Of a stretch of 64,000 nucleotides of DNA, positions 1-10,977 are shown piece by piece. The notes under the pieces were generated by a model, which saw only the letters and a program-made list of their open reading frames with translations, was not told where the DNA came from and did no database searches. How positions within the stretch are numbered: position 1 is the first letter of the stretch; each line of letters starts with the position of its first letter. Position numbers and translations under genes: made by a program. The DNA is from Paraspadella gotoi (taxonomy: Eukaryota > Animalia > Chaetognatha), in the NCBI GenBank assembly GCA_051294375.1, contig CM119268.1:23869917-23933916 (forward strand), read 5' to 3'.

Positions 1-381
1 GCACGTGACCATCGCCGCGCGGATAGACTTTTTTCAAAACTCTTTTTTCTTCTTCCGATTCCTCGGGAAATTTATAAAGATGAGTCACGTCCATCCTTTC
101 GAAATTCCGATTTCCGACGCCTTTCGTGCTCACTTTTTTACCGATGCAACCCGGGTCGACTCTTACGATCACGTGACTTCCCCAATGTCTTTCGCGATTA
201 AAGTCACAATCACATTTGTACTCGATCAATGTTCCGTTGACTTCGGCGAATATGAATTTACCATCGAATGGCAAATTAACTTTTCCTTCCTTGATCGCCC
301 GCACGGATGCAGGGCCGCAGCGGAGCAGGCCGCCGCTGGATTCCTGCGGCGTGGCGTCCAAAGCTTGCCATCCGTCGTACC
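1..381 (-). CDS. Transglutaminase, coding exon 3 (runs off the window); catalytic Asp region
   Basis: Acceptor aaaatag|GG at 382/383, phase 1. Translates GYDGWQALDATPQE..CGPASVRAIKEG.V.LPFDGKFIFAEVN..IGKKVSTKGVG..RMDVTHLYKFPEESEEEK, matching the conserved animal transglutaminase core motifs. Confidence 0.95.
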
Positions 382-457
382 CTATTTTTGGGTAAGGGGG
401 AGAAAGACTTACTCATTTGGGTCAGTCAAAAGAAAGTATATGTTATTGCTATGTATG

Positions 458-600
458 AAATTGGTACAACCAATATAAAAATTATTCATTTAATAAATAA
501 GCTATCTTGCCCCTGACAGGCTTTGGTGGTTTAAGGCCTCCATCACTCTTACAAGATAATGACAATGCAGGTCTCTTCAAGCTTTCAATCAAGACTCACA
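458..600 (+). repeat. Dispersed repeat of about 150 bp (AAATTGGTACAACCAATATAAAAATT...GGCTTTGGTGGTTTAAGGCCTCCATCACTCTTACAAG), in transglutaminase intron 2
   Basis: Similar sequence at 8618-8727, 8930-9066, 24159-24335, 34595-34714, 48452-48603 and 49080-49187, with fragments at 7277-7350 and 45926-45990. Confidence 0.8.
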
Positions 601-632
601 ATAAAATTAAAATTCCATCAGCAATAACTTAC

Positions 633-1454
633 CTTTTGGCAAATCACGACGCCTGCACCAACTTTCGTTCCAAACGTGAAAATTCCACCAAGAATCAAAA
701 CTTCTATTTCCGCCGTCGCTAGAGGAGAAGTAAGACTCCAGTACGAGGTTCTCGTTTTTGTCGTGACCCGAGTTGAAATTAGTGACGCTTCGTGTCGGAA
801 TTCCAAGTGCGCGACCAATGGTCGTGGTCACGGCCGAGAATACCCAACACTGGGCCCAACGAACTGGGCATTTCTCTCTCATCCACTGGGTCAAGATCTT
901 TAACGACCCTAACCAGACCCAAGGCTCAGGGTGAGGCTCATAACAGCCGCCCCATTTTCCAAGAAGGACGCCGCCATCTTGATTATTGGCGTTGACCATT
1001 TGACTGATGAAACGCAATACGATGACAGGATTAGACCTGTCTTCGAAAACGCCCATACGCTCGATAATCTTGAATGCCGCTTCGTAGCAAGCGATCTCGT
1101 ACTGAGCGAAATACCATGGGCGAGGCTTTGGCTCGGCGAATGTCCCGCAGAAGACCCGACCAACGTCGTTGAGGACAAATTCGTTGCGTTCAGATGGAAG
1201 AGGCATGAAGACGTCGTCTTGGGGACACCAAGAGTTGAAGAGAAGATACAGACGGGTTGAGAAGACGGATGCTGCTGATTGGGCGGCGGAAGCGGCGGCT
1301 GCTGCTGCATTTCCATCGCCTTTATAAATTTCGAAAAAGATTTGATATTTGCTGATGGAAGCGTCGAATGGAATTTGAAGAGAAAAGTTGATCCAATCAG
1401 AAATTTGATTATTGGCAGGAAGACGGACTAAAGACCAAGCGTCGATCGAACTGT
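633..1454 (-). CDS. Transglutaminase, coding exon 2 (end of N-terminal beta-sandwich plus catalytic Cys and His)
   Basis: Acceptor ttttctctatcactag|AC and donor AAAG|gtaagt, both phase 1. Contains YLLFNSWCPQDDVFM..ERNEFVLNDVG, GVLLGKW.G.Y, WAQCWVFSAV (Cys), RALGIPTRSVTNFNSGHD and WNFHVWNESW (His). Confidence 0.96.
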
Positions 1455-1772
1455 CTAGTGATAGAGAAAATGTGGGTATTTAGTTTATATTTGTTTTAAT
1501 TATTATCATATAAAATATTGGTTTTTACGTTTTAGTCTATAAATTTATGAATCGGATATTTTTATGGATCGTTGATATGATATGATATGATATGATAATG
1601 ATATGATATGATATATGATATAATTCTCTTTCTTCATCTTGAGAAGGCAACATGGATTATTGATCGCAAAAATAATTACTCTATATATCCTTTATGAAAT
1701 ATCAAAGTTAGTAATTTTCGAAATGCAAATTATAAATCTTTAACATCCTTTTAAACAATCCCAATTTTCAAC

Positions 1773-2109
1773 CATCATTAAACTTTTTTTTCAACTTATC
1801 TTTTTCCTCCAACACAATACGACTTCCCTTTGCTTCGCTCGGTCTCTCTCCGCTCTCAAGCGTCAGACGCAACAGAGCAGTATCCACCGCCGCCGCTGCG
1901 ACTCGAAACCGCAGCCTCAAACCGCGCCGCCCGAAAATAGCGTCTTCGGCGTCGTGCGGCGAACGATAGTCGCTCGTGCGGTGCGCGGCGGAATTGGCTC
2001 GGCGCTGGAGATCGAGCCAGGCCGGCAGCGGCGCCTGCTTGATTGAAGACCAGGCGGACCGCCTGATGTCGTTGTCGTTGTTGTTGTTAGAGGAAGCCGT
2101 CGACGTCAT
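1773..2109 (-). CDS. Transglutaminase, probable first coding exon (N-terminal domain)
   Basis: ATG at 2109. NSAAHRTSDY...IFGRRG resembles the transglutaminase N-domain motif N..HHT..Y....LIVRRG. Phase-1 donor G|gttgaa at 1772 matches the exon 2 phase. Confidence 0.8.
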
Positions 2110-2230
2110 CGTGTTCGTAGTTTAGGAAAAAAACAGATTTGGTTTTTTGTTTTAACTAAAAATGTTTTGTTTTGAGAAAACTTGAAGTCGCGACAAAACG
2201 GAGAAAAAACAGGGAAAACCAGTTTCAGTT

Positions 2231-2283
<53 letters not shown>

Positions 2284-2696
2284 GGTTTTACTTTAATTCA
2301 AACAAGCGTCAAAGATTTAATCTAATCTTTACGCTTTCCAAAAAAAAAACCAACAGAAATAAGGAATTTCTGTCAAGTAATAACCTTATACGACGCTTAC
2401 CGAGCTGATAAAGAAACAAGATGAGAATTAATAAACAATTATTAATAACAATACTAATCGATTAGTTAAAAGAGTCTTTCTCCCAAATCTCTGATTTTAT
2501 CAATCTCCTTCTCTTTTTTAATATCTCTGTCTCTATCTGTCTACTAATAAATTCTGTCTCCATCTTTCTTTTAATAACTTTCTATCTGTCTACTATTAAA
2601 TTCTGTCTCTATCTCTCTCTTATCTTATCTCTCTCTATCTCTCTATTACCTTGTCTGTCTCCATCTTTCCTCTTATCTCATAATTCCCTTTCTCAC

Positions 2697-2988
2697 CTTG
2701 GGAACGACCCAGTCTGTCTTCAAAGACGACGCCCGCTTCCCTCCGCCGCCGCCGCCGCCGCCGCCAGCCTCTCCTACATCTGCGACCGATTCCGGAGATC
2801 GTCGACGCCGTTCCACATCGGAGATCCTGACTCCGCGAAGAAGTTTAAAGGAAGTGGACGAGGAGTTGGAGGGTGTGCTCGTCGTCGTTGGAGGTGAGGG
2901 AGTCTCCTTTATCTCCAAGAGTTTCGTGGATGCGGTGGCGCCGAATCCTTTGTCTAAAGAATCCTTTATCAGGGCCATAGTCTCTTTA
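2697..2988 (-). CDS. Candidate orphan or alternative upstream exon (Ser/Thr/Gly-rich, ..KRASSLKTDWVVPK)
   Basis: GC-rich open frame bounded by a polypyrimidine tract with aag| acceptor (2989) and an AAG|gtgag donor (2696), with an in-frame ATG at 2978. No recognisable domain. Confidence 0.4.
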
Positions 2989-4391
2989 CTTGTGGGGAAA
3001 GGAAAGGGGCAGAATAAAGTGTGGGTAAGTAGTGTGTGGGTCCTTTGTGGTCAGTTAGGTTAAAACAACCACAATTAGGTTTAAAAGAAAGGAATTTATA
3101 ATCAAGATAAAAAGTCTAGATATTTTAAAACGTTTTAAATTGTACTTTATCAAAGATGAAGATAACAATATTCAATTCTAGAAAATTAATTTTTAACGGA
3201 AAGAATCCATAACCAAATTCATGCTGTCGATGTTCAACTATTTTACGAGACAAAATATACAAATCTTTGTTAATTTGATTTTGTATTATCGATTCTTTAA
3301 AAGGTTATATGTCCGTTCCTATAAGGTCATGATAAACACACCTTTATGGTTGTTTCTAGTTGCTACGCGACTTGACTTTTGTTCATCATTTAATTCGTCG
3401 AAAGAAATTGAAAAGAGGCCGCTCGTAGTCAGGGCTTTCGTTCGTTCTCCGACGTGCAAACAAAAGATCAGAACCTTCAATATATAATTAAAATATAAAA
3501 GTTTTATCCATATTATTAACCTTTCAAAATCTTCGTTTAGAATTTCAGTCAAAATTTAAGTGTAACACAGATTAATTGATTAATTTTTAAATTACCTCAA
3601 TGAAAATCCGTTTGTTTATCCCCTATTTTCTAGGCAACTTTTTTTCTATTTCTTATACACGTTTAAAAAAACAAATATAGTTAAATAGTCGCTCGCTTCC
3701 CGTAATAATATTATTGAGTAAGACTTCATTTTATGCTACTAAGTTTCTGAACTTGATGAATTTAAATGTTAATTCATCAAATTTTTGAAAATCACTCGCT
3801 AGTGAGATTTAGAATTACGGTTGTTATAACTGAATTGGACATCCAGATATTTATTTAAGTAGATTCCTCGTCTATTTAGCTTAAAAATAAAATTTTTCAA
3901 TTAAATATTTTCATTGATATCGTATCTCTATTTATTACCATCAGAATTGTCTAAATCAAAACATTTTATTTCTCGATGAATTTTATTTAATTTAATCAAT
4001 TTGTACAATATTCCGTACAATAAATTTCATTTCAAGAGAATAGATTACAAAAACAAATTCGAAATAACGAGAGAAAATTCGAATAATAATAATAATATTA
4101 TCAATAATAATAAAAGTTGGAAAACGAATTAACAAGTAGCATTTCTGTTACGAAGGCAAAGACGATTTCAAAATTTCTAAATTTAGAAAAATAAACAAGA
4201 GAGAAAAAGAGAGAAATAATGTATTTTTTTTTAAATATTTGAGTCTTTGTTAATCCTATTTTTATTAATAGGAAAACAAAAAGGATTTTGGTTCCAACTT
4301 CATTTGGAATCGAATTTAACATCGTAATAATATTATTTAAAAAATAATAAAGTTGGCTTTTTTAAAAACTTTTTTGAGCGAAAGAGCGAGA

Positions 4392-4452
<61 letters not shown>

Positions 4453-5996
4453 AGAGAGGTTTCAATGTTTCCTTTTTTGTTTCGGGAATTTGTTTTTGTG
4501 TTTTTGAGAAGAAAAAAAGAAAATCAATTAAATATATCACTAAATATTTTTTTTTGTTTTGGATTCGACGAAACATTTTGTTTCTTTGATCTGTCGACAA
4601 CAACAACAACAACAAGAACAATCTAAGACTAAATTTAGGGCAAAACTGGATGAGAGAGAAGAGGGAAGAAGGGAGAGAGAGAGGGAAGAGGAGAGTGAGA
4701 GGGACGAGGGAGAGTGAGGAGGGGACGAGGAGATACGAGATAGAGAGGACGAGGGAGATACGAGATAGAGAGGACGAGGGAGATAGAGAGGACGAGAGAG
4801 AGAGAGATCGAGAGCGAGAGAGGGAGAGGAGAGAGAGAGGGAAAAGGGAGAGAGAGAGGGAAGAGGGAGAGAGAGGAAGAGGAGAGAGAGGGAAGAGGGA
4901 GAGAGAGGGAGAGGAGAGAGCAGGGGAAGAGGAGAGAGAGGGAAGAGGGAGAGAGAAAGAAAAACTAAATTCGCTATGAATATTATCTTTTGCAGAAAAA
5001 TGAAAAAAACTGCATCGAGAAAAATATGTAGAATTTCTGTCATAAAACTTGAAAAATGTAAATATTGGATCAGGAAAAAAGAAAAAAAGGCTGAAAAATT
5101 AAAAGAAGAAAAAAAACATGAAAAAATGTATTAAATCAAGAAAAAATTGAAAATAAAAATAAGCAAATAGAAGAATAACGAATATTTGAAAAAAAAAAAT
5201 TTTCTATTCGGTTTTTGCAAAAATAACCGAAGAGTTTAAGGAAAAAGATGTTGAATATTTAAAATAATTTGTGAAGGAAACTACATCAATTTTTAAGTCG
5301 GAAACTACATCAGTTTTTAATGTCGGACTATTTTTTTTTGCAAAATACGAAACAAAAAATAATGTATTTTGACCGAAAGTTGCAAATTAATAAATGTAAA
5401 TTAATTAATGTAAATCAATCAGCGGAAAAATTAAATAATTTAGGCAGCATAATTCTGAGCAGGTTGACATTAGGGGGAGAGAGAGAGAGGAGAGAAGAGA
5501 GGAGAGAGGAGAAAGAGAGAGAGAGAGAGAGAGGAGAGGAGGATGAGGAGAGAGAGAGGAGAGAGAGAGAGAGAGATGTGTGTGCGTGTGTTTCTTGAGA
5601 TCCATGACTCACACATAAAAATCCATGAGACAGAGTCGAATTTTAATTGGTTTCAAGTCTTAAAAAATATGACGGAAGAATTAAAATCAAGTGGAAATCA
5701 TTTCTAATTCGGTCCAAAATAAAATGACCCACATTTTGGGGACTGAGTTTTGTTTAGATTCTAATTCACGCAAGGAGAGGGAGAGGGAGAGAGAGAGAGA
5801 GAAACAGGGGGAGGGAGAGAGAAAGAGAGAGAGAAACAGAGAGAGAGATTAAAGGGCAAGGGGGAAGTTGTCTAGAGTTATTAGAGGATTGAAAGACAAC
5901 GAGAGATAGAGAGAGTTTGGAAAGAGATGAGACGAAAGTTTCACAACGAGAGAATCACAACGAAGGAGTCACGTCTCCTCCTCTTCCTCCTCCTCG

Positions 5997-6698
5997 TCAT
6001 ACGAGGTAGCCGTCCCCGTGGGTCGGCGGCGGCGCTTGCGGTGCTGATGGAATCACAGAAGGAACGGCGGCGGTGCCAACGTTTGGTGGTAGCGGCGCCG
6101 CCATCGTCGGCGGGTGAGGCAGCGGCGGAAATCCCATTACGGGTGGAAGCGGTATGCGGGCCTCCCCGCCAGAGAACGACGACCCTTCCAAGTGTGCCCT
6201 CAAGGCTCGAGCGTTCTGCAGGATTTTCTTTTGATGTCCGGCAAGAGTGACGCCCAACGCATGAAGGTCTTTGCTTTCGAGTCTAGAGGCGGCAAAGAGA
6301 TTTGTCACGCCTCCGCGTTCCAACGCAGAGAGATATTGCGTCATCTTGATGCTGGCGAGCCATTCCGCCACCGTCGAGACTCGAATCAGATCCGGCAAGT
6401 TCGAGGCGGCGGCGGAGGCGGCGGCTGCAGCGTCGGGAGATTCGGCTGCAGCGGGCGTCGACGAAGATGACGAAGGATACGAAGCAGCTGGACGCGTCGA
6501 GCAAGTGGACGAAGAGGAAGAGTCGTTGGTCAGTTTTCGCAAGAGTTCTGGATTGCGGATCAGATGGTCGAGGGAGGCAACGATCTTCTGAAATTTGGGT
6601 CGATGGGCGCGGTCTTTCTGCCAAGCGTCGTGCATCAGTTGGTAGATGGCCTCTGGACAATCCATTGGAGGTGGGAGGCGGTAGCCGCCTTCGATGGC
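5997..6698 (-). CDS. Eph: Eph receptor, exon 14 (kinase C-terminus, SAM domain, Pro-rich tail, PDZ-binding motif, stop)
   Basis: Acceptor ttttatccag|GCC. Encodes AIEGGYRLPPPMDCPEAIYQLMHDAWQKDRAHRPKF, a SAM domain (VAEWLASIKMTQY..LGVTLAGHQKKIL) and ends GDGYLV*. Confidence 0.97.
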   Translation of the reverse strand, partial: AIEGGYRLPPPMDCPEAIYQLMHDAWQKDRAHRPKFQKIVASLDHLIRNPELLRKLTNDSSSSSTCSTRPAASYPSSSSSTPAAAESPDAAAAASAAASNLPDLIRVSTVAEWLASIKMTQYLSALERGGVTNLFAASRLESKDLHALGVTLAGHQKKILQNARALRAHLEGSSFSGGEARIPLPPVMGFPPLPHPPTMAAPLPPNVGTAAVPSVIPSAPQAPPPTHGDGYLV

Positions 6699-6979
6699 CT
6701 GGATAAAAGGAGTGGGAAAGTGGGACATTAGGAATGTAGTCGATTTTAAAGATATTTATTTGGATTTTGAAGTTACAAGCATAAAATGCCGGGAAATATA
6801 TTATTTTCAATCGATAATAACTTTCTCGGAAATAATAAAGTACTATTGCCCGACTTAAGATTAATGATTTATGAACGATTTAATAATAATTTCTTAACAA
6901 ATTATACGTCACTTTAGACTTTTAATTATAATTTTCAACGTACTTTTAACGCTAGATACTATCCGACTTCCAAACGAAC

Positions 6980-7204
6980 CTTAATAACGTCCTGATTTGA
7001 CCAGTTCCAGTACGGTCTTTCCCCGTACGACATGACCTCCCAGGCAACGATTCCGTACGACCAAACGTCGGATGCGGAGGTGAACTTTTTAAAAGCGATG
7101 GCTTCTGGCGCCGTCCACCTCACGGGGATTTTCCCGCCCTTCGTTGTGTAGGCGGGGTCGAAGGCGTCACATTCGAGTTCGCGTGAAAGACCGAAGTCCG
7201 CCAC
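6980..7204 (-). CDS. Eph: Eph receptor, exon 13 (kinase DFG to subdomain X)
   Basis: [66 protein letters not shown], with AG/GT boundaries in phase 0. Confidence 0.97.
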
Positions 7205-7441
7205 CTAGAAGGGGGGGGGGTTTGCATTAGTTGATCTCCGTTTTATTTTAAATGTTATTTAAATGTCTCTAAATTATCTGGTGATGGAGGCATAAAACCG
7301 ACCAATGCCTGTCCAAAGTCAGCTTATTTTTATATAAATATATAATTATATATTTGTTGTACAAATTTCATCAAGTCTATAAACCCTTTTTTCCCTATTT
7401 GCACCCCGATTGTACCCCGATTGCACCCCCAAATGACTCAC

Positions 7442-7611
7442 CTTGCAGATGAGGTTCTCGTTAACCAAAATATTTCTCGCCGCTAAATCTCTGTGAACGT
7501 AATTCATTTCCGCGAGGTATTTCATCCCTGAAGAGATGCCGCGCAACATCCCGATCAGTTGAAGGACGACGAATTGCCCGTCGTTGGCGCGGAGAAAAGA
7601 GTCGAGAGAGC
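7442..7611 (-). CDS. Eph: Eph receptor, exon 12 (kinase catalytic loop)
   Basis: [53 protein letters not shown]; acceptor ctcttag|, donor gtgagt. Confidence 0.97.
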
Positions 7612-7878
7612 CTAAGAGAGAATTTATAATTAATAAATTAAATCTAAATTTAAATTTATATTAATACATTGCATATTTTTTTGTTTTATTACTATACTTC
7701 CAACAATTGCATATTTATTGTATGACGTAATATTTTATCATTATTTCTGCATTAAACAGTATAACAATGTAAAAAACAAACAGCAAATTCCTTTTTATCA
7801 ATATATTTATTTATATTCAATATCCTAAGCGGATATAAGTTAACCCAAAACCTTACCCTCACATTAACCTATACTCAC

Positions 7879-8063
7879 CGTTAGCCATATACTCAGTGAT
7901 GATCATCGCAGGCTGACTTCTGGTGACAACGCCCTCCAAGTGAATCACATTTGGGTCATCGAATTGCCCCATGATCGAAGCTTCCGTCAAAAAGTCAAGT
8001 TTATTCTTTTCTGTTGCACCGGGTTTTAAAGTCTTGATGGCCACAGGCATTGAGTAATTGTCC
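7879..8063 (-). CDS. Eph: Eph receptor, exon 11 (VAIK lysine, alpha-C helix)
   Basis: [57 protein letters not shown]; phases 2 to 1 are consistent with the neighbouring exons. Confidence 0.97.
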
Positions 8064-8251
8064 CTGAGGATATTAAATAGTTATTTTAAGTAAAATTTGT
8101 AAATTAATAAGTTTAATGAATTAGTATTTATTATTAATTAAAAATTAAAGCTTGATAAATAATTAAGCAATTCATAGTATTACAATATATAATTTGAATT
8201 TTGTCTCTTTGAATTTAATTAATTTTTTTCACAATCACGACCTTCTCTCAC

Positions 8252-8522
8252 CTGTGCCTTCCCGGAACCCTGAGACAACCCTTGCAAACGTCACCGAATT
8301 CTCCCCCACCAATCACAGCTTCGATCGTGATGTGACTCGCGTCGATCTCACGCGTGAATTCTCTCACCGCCTGTTTGGGATCTTCGTACATGTGAGGGTC
8401 GACGTAAGAACGGAGTGAGCCGGGGACCCCGAGCCCGGACGGGGCGGGGAAAAGGGGCAGAGTCGTGGGGTCGACTAGAAGAGGCGTTGGGGAAATATTG
8501 GCAGCGCGGAGAGAAAGGCGAC
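8252..8522 (-). CDS. Eph: Eph receptor, exon 10 (juxtamembrane tyrosines and glycine-rich loop)
   Basis: [45 protein letters not shown]; acceptor caacag|GT, donor gtgag. Confidence 0.95.
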
Positions 8523-9118
8523 CTGTTGCAATGAGAGGAAATGATTCGGTATTGATTTGTGTTGCCTATGAAGTTTAATATAATGAATAATATAACTTGA
8601 TTCACAAATACACCATGAAATTGGTACGATAAATATAAACATCAAGCGTTCATTTACTCTTAAGCTATCGCGCCCCAGACTTTGAACAGGCTTGTAAGTT
8701 TTAAGTACTTCATGTTGTAATTACAAGGAAATAAAAATTTCATGACTCTTATTAAAGAAAATAATGGCGAATTAATTCATATAACTTCATTGATAAAGAA
8801 GCCAGGTAAGAGGTATATCCTGTCCCAACTTATGGGTAGAAACTTGATTAAATGAATGGATAATTTCCTTATTGGTTGTACAAATTTTAATCAGAAGTAT
8901 TCAATATTGACTAAAAATATTGATTAAAAAGCATGCAGAGTTCTGCTATGTTATTATCTTGTAAGTGTGATAGAGGCCTTAAAACCACCAAAGCCTGTCC
9001 AAAATCAATGACAAGATAGCTCATTTATTAAACAAAAGGATAATTTTATACTGGTTGTACCAATTCGAATAACATTTAATAACATTAATAAATAGACAAT
9101 AACAAAATTGCCAAGTAC

Positions 9119-9220
9119 CATTTCGGTCGAGGACAAATGAAGGATTAGAGTAGGAGGATTGCATTGCAGATTGCATTGCAGATGGCAGAGGCCCGATTCC
9201 GTCTACCCCGCAATTCGCGC
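9119..9220 (-). CDS. Eph: Eph receptor, exon 9 (candidate 102-nt symmetric cassette exon in the juxtamembrane region)
   Basis: attctttag|GC...AATG|gtactt, phase 1-1. Open frame GANCGVDGIGPLPSAMQSAMQSSYSNPSFVLDRN; a GC-richer island inside an AT-rich intron. Confidence 0.65.
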
Positions 9221-9396
9221 CTAAAGAATTAATCTATTTTTAGCAAATAGTAATAAATACTAATCTGAAATACTAATTGGATTAAAAAAATAAAAAAAGC
9301 AGGCGAGGAATCGCGATGCAGACTTAAAAATGACAAAGATGGACAGACGGACAAAAATAAATGGGAAAAAAATGGCAGAGGGACAAAAACGGGCAC

Positions 9397-9600
9397 TATT
9401 TTCCAAAAGCGGCCTCATTTCTGATTTATAAATTATTTAATCTAATCTTAAATATTAATTCCTAATCCATAACCCTATTACCTAAACATAATTTAATCCG
9501 TTATGCCTAAACCCTAACCTTATCTTTTAACAAAATCTTAAATTTAACCCATAATATAATTTAAACTTAAAAACTGAAATGAGCCCCCTTTCGGATAATA
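9397..9600. mobile_element. MITE-like element with about 25-bp imperfect terminal inverted repeats and internal degenerate CCTAA(C) repeats
   Basis: tattttccaaaagcggcctcatttc ... gaaatgagccccctttcggataata are reverse complements with a few mismatches. The same architecture occurs at 25782-26022, 31955-32221 and 35523-35844. Confidence 0.6.
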
Positions 9601-9633
9601 AGGATCCACTTCACCGCCATTCACCGCACTCAC

Positions 9634-9868
9634 CAGTCAGTCCCGCCTCCACGTTGGAAATGTTCCGATAATCCAACGAGTCGCAATCGCTGCGGGGCTG
9701 CTTTCCCCCGCAGCGGCCGCCGCTTCGGTGGCCGCGGCGCAGACACGCGAAGACGACGATAGCGACGACGATAAGAACGAAAAGCACGGCGAGAACGAGG
9801 CCGAAGATGAGGGTCAGGTTATGTGTCGCCTCGACTGGAGGAACGCTGGACTGGGCGATGGCCACGAC
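9634..9868 (-). CDS. Eph: Eph receptor, exon 8 (transmembrane helix)
   Basis: Hydrophobic LIFGLVLAVLFVLIVVAIVVFACL followed by RRGHR; acceptor cctatag|GTC, donor G|gtgagt. Confidence 0.93.
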
Positions 9869-10366
9869 CTATAGGTGGGGAAAGGGTCAGTTAGTAAGTC
9901 GCTTGAATAAAAGAATGAATGTTTGAAATGAATTGAATGAGTGAATTGAATGAATGAATGAAATGAACTGAATGAATGAAAGAAATGAAGATATAATTGA
10001 AGGAAAAAAGAGAATGATGAATGCAGCTTGGGAAGGATTGTCAAAGGTTTAATAACTTTGTTTAATTAAATATGTTTTTTTGTAACATTCATGAAAGGGA
10101 GCAACGTTTAGTCAACTAAAAACTTTTTTTGCAATTAAATTAATTAAATTAAATTGTTTCAAACTTTTCATTCCTCCCGCTTCTATTCTCCCTCGGTACG
10201 CTCTCTTCTCTCTCTCTCTCTCTCCCCTTCCTCTCTTCTCCCTCTCCTCATCCTTGTTCTATCCCATCCTCTGTCGTCCCTTTCAAAATTCCCCCTCTCT
10301 CTCTCCCTCCCACTCCTCTCTCTCCTTCTCTCCCCCCTCTCTTCCCCTCCCTCCCTCTCTTCTCAC

Positions 10367-10528
10367 CGCTCGTCCAGTCCGCACTTCCACCACAGGGCTG
10401 TATTCGCCCCAGCCTTTCGTCGTCTTCGCTCTGACTTTGAAATTGTATTCGCTGTTTGGTGAGAGACGACTGAAGACCATTTGTTCCGCTGGAGTCGAAA
10501 TGCGGGTGACGTTTTGCTCTAGTCCCGT
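10367..10528 (-). CDS. Eph: Eph receptor, exon 7 (second fibronectin type III domain, C-terminal half)
   Basis: LSPNSEYNFKVRAKTTKGWGEYS FN3 motif; acceptor tatttcag|ACG, donor GCG|gtgag. Confidence 0.93.
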
Positions 10529-10737
10529 CTGAAATAAGAGGATGGGGTGAATATATTAATTATTGAATTCATGTTATTTAGATTTAAATTAATGATGAAA
10601 AACTAAATAATAATCTATAATCAATAACTCTGCAATATGTAAATTTATTATGAAAATTGCACGGATAAAACTTTGTCATTTAGCCGTGGCCCAATACTAG
10701 AGTCGCTGATACGCCTATCTCCAGGCATACTTTTTTA

Positions 10738-10782
<45 letters not shown>

Positions 10783-10783
<1 letters not shown>

Positions 10784-10977
10784 TTCCAATGCAGTATCTC
10801 ATAAGCCGTGACGTCTCCATCTTCCGGTCGCATCCACGTCGCCAAAACGGACGTCGGCGTCAACGGCTCCACCTCGAGACGTCGAACCCGAGAAGCGACG
10901 GCGGGCTGCGTTCGGACGCGAAGTTCGGCGACGCCCTCGACGCCCGAGACGGTGGACACTCCGTTGGAGGAGTAGAT
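10783..10977 (-). CDS. Eph: Eph receptor, exon 6 (end of FN3-1, start of FN3-2)
   Basis: IYSSNGVS..VRT..TSVLATWMRP..VTAYEILHWK; phase 0 on both sides. Confidence 0.92.

Noticed and set aside
5-478. 157-aa plus-strand ORF and other plus-strand ORFs over the transglutaminase and Eph exons
   Set aside because: Antisense shadows of GC-rich minus-strand exons.
3342-3475. Possible small minus-strand exon upstream of 2988
   Set aside because: Its phase-1 donor is incompatible with the open frame of the 2988 exon, the splice signals are weak and I recognise no homology.
4337-5612. Many ORFs rich in ER/SL/RE repeats (also at 12166-13055, 19184-19958, 40799-41326, 48621-49139 and 57492-57761)
   Set aside because: They are translations of (AG)n/(CT)n microsatellites, with no splice-consistent structure or domain.
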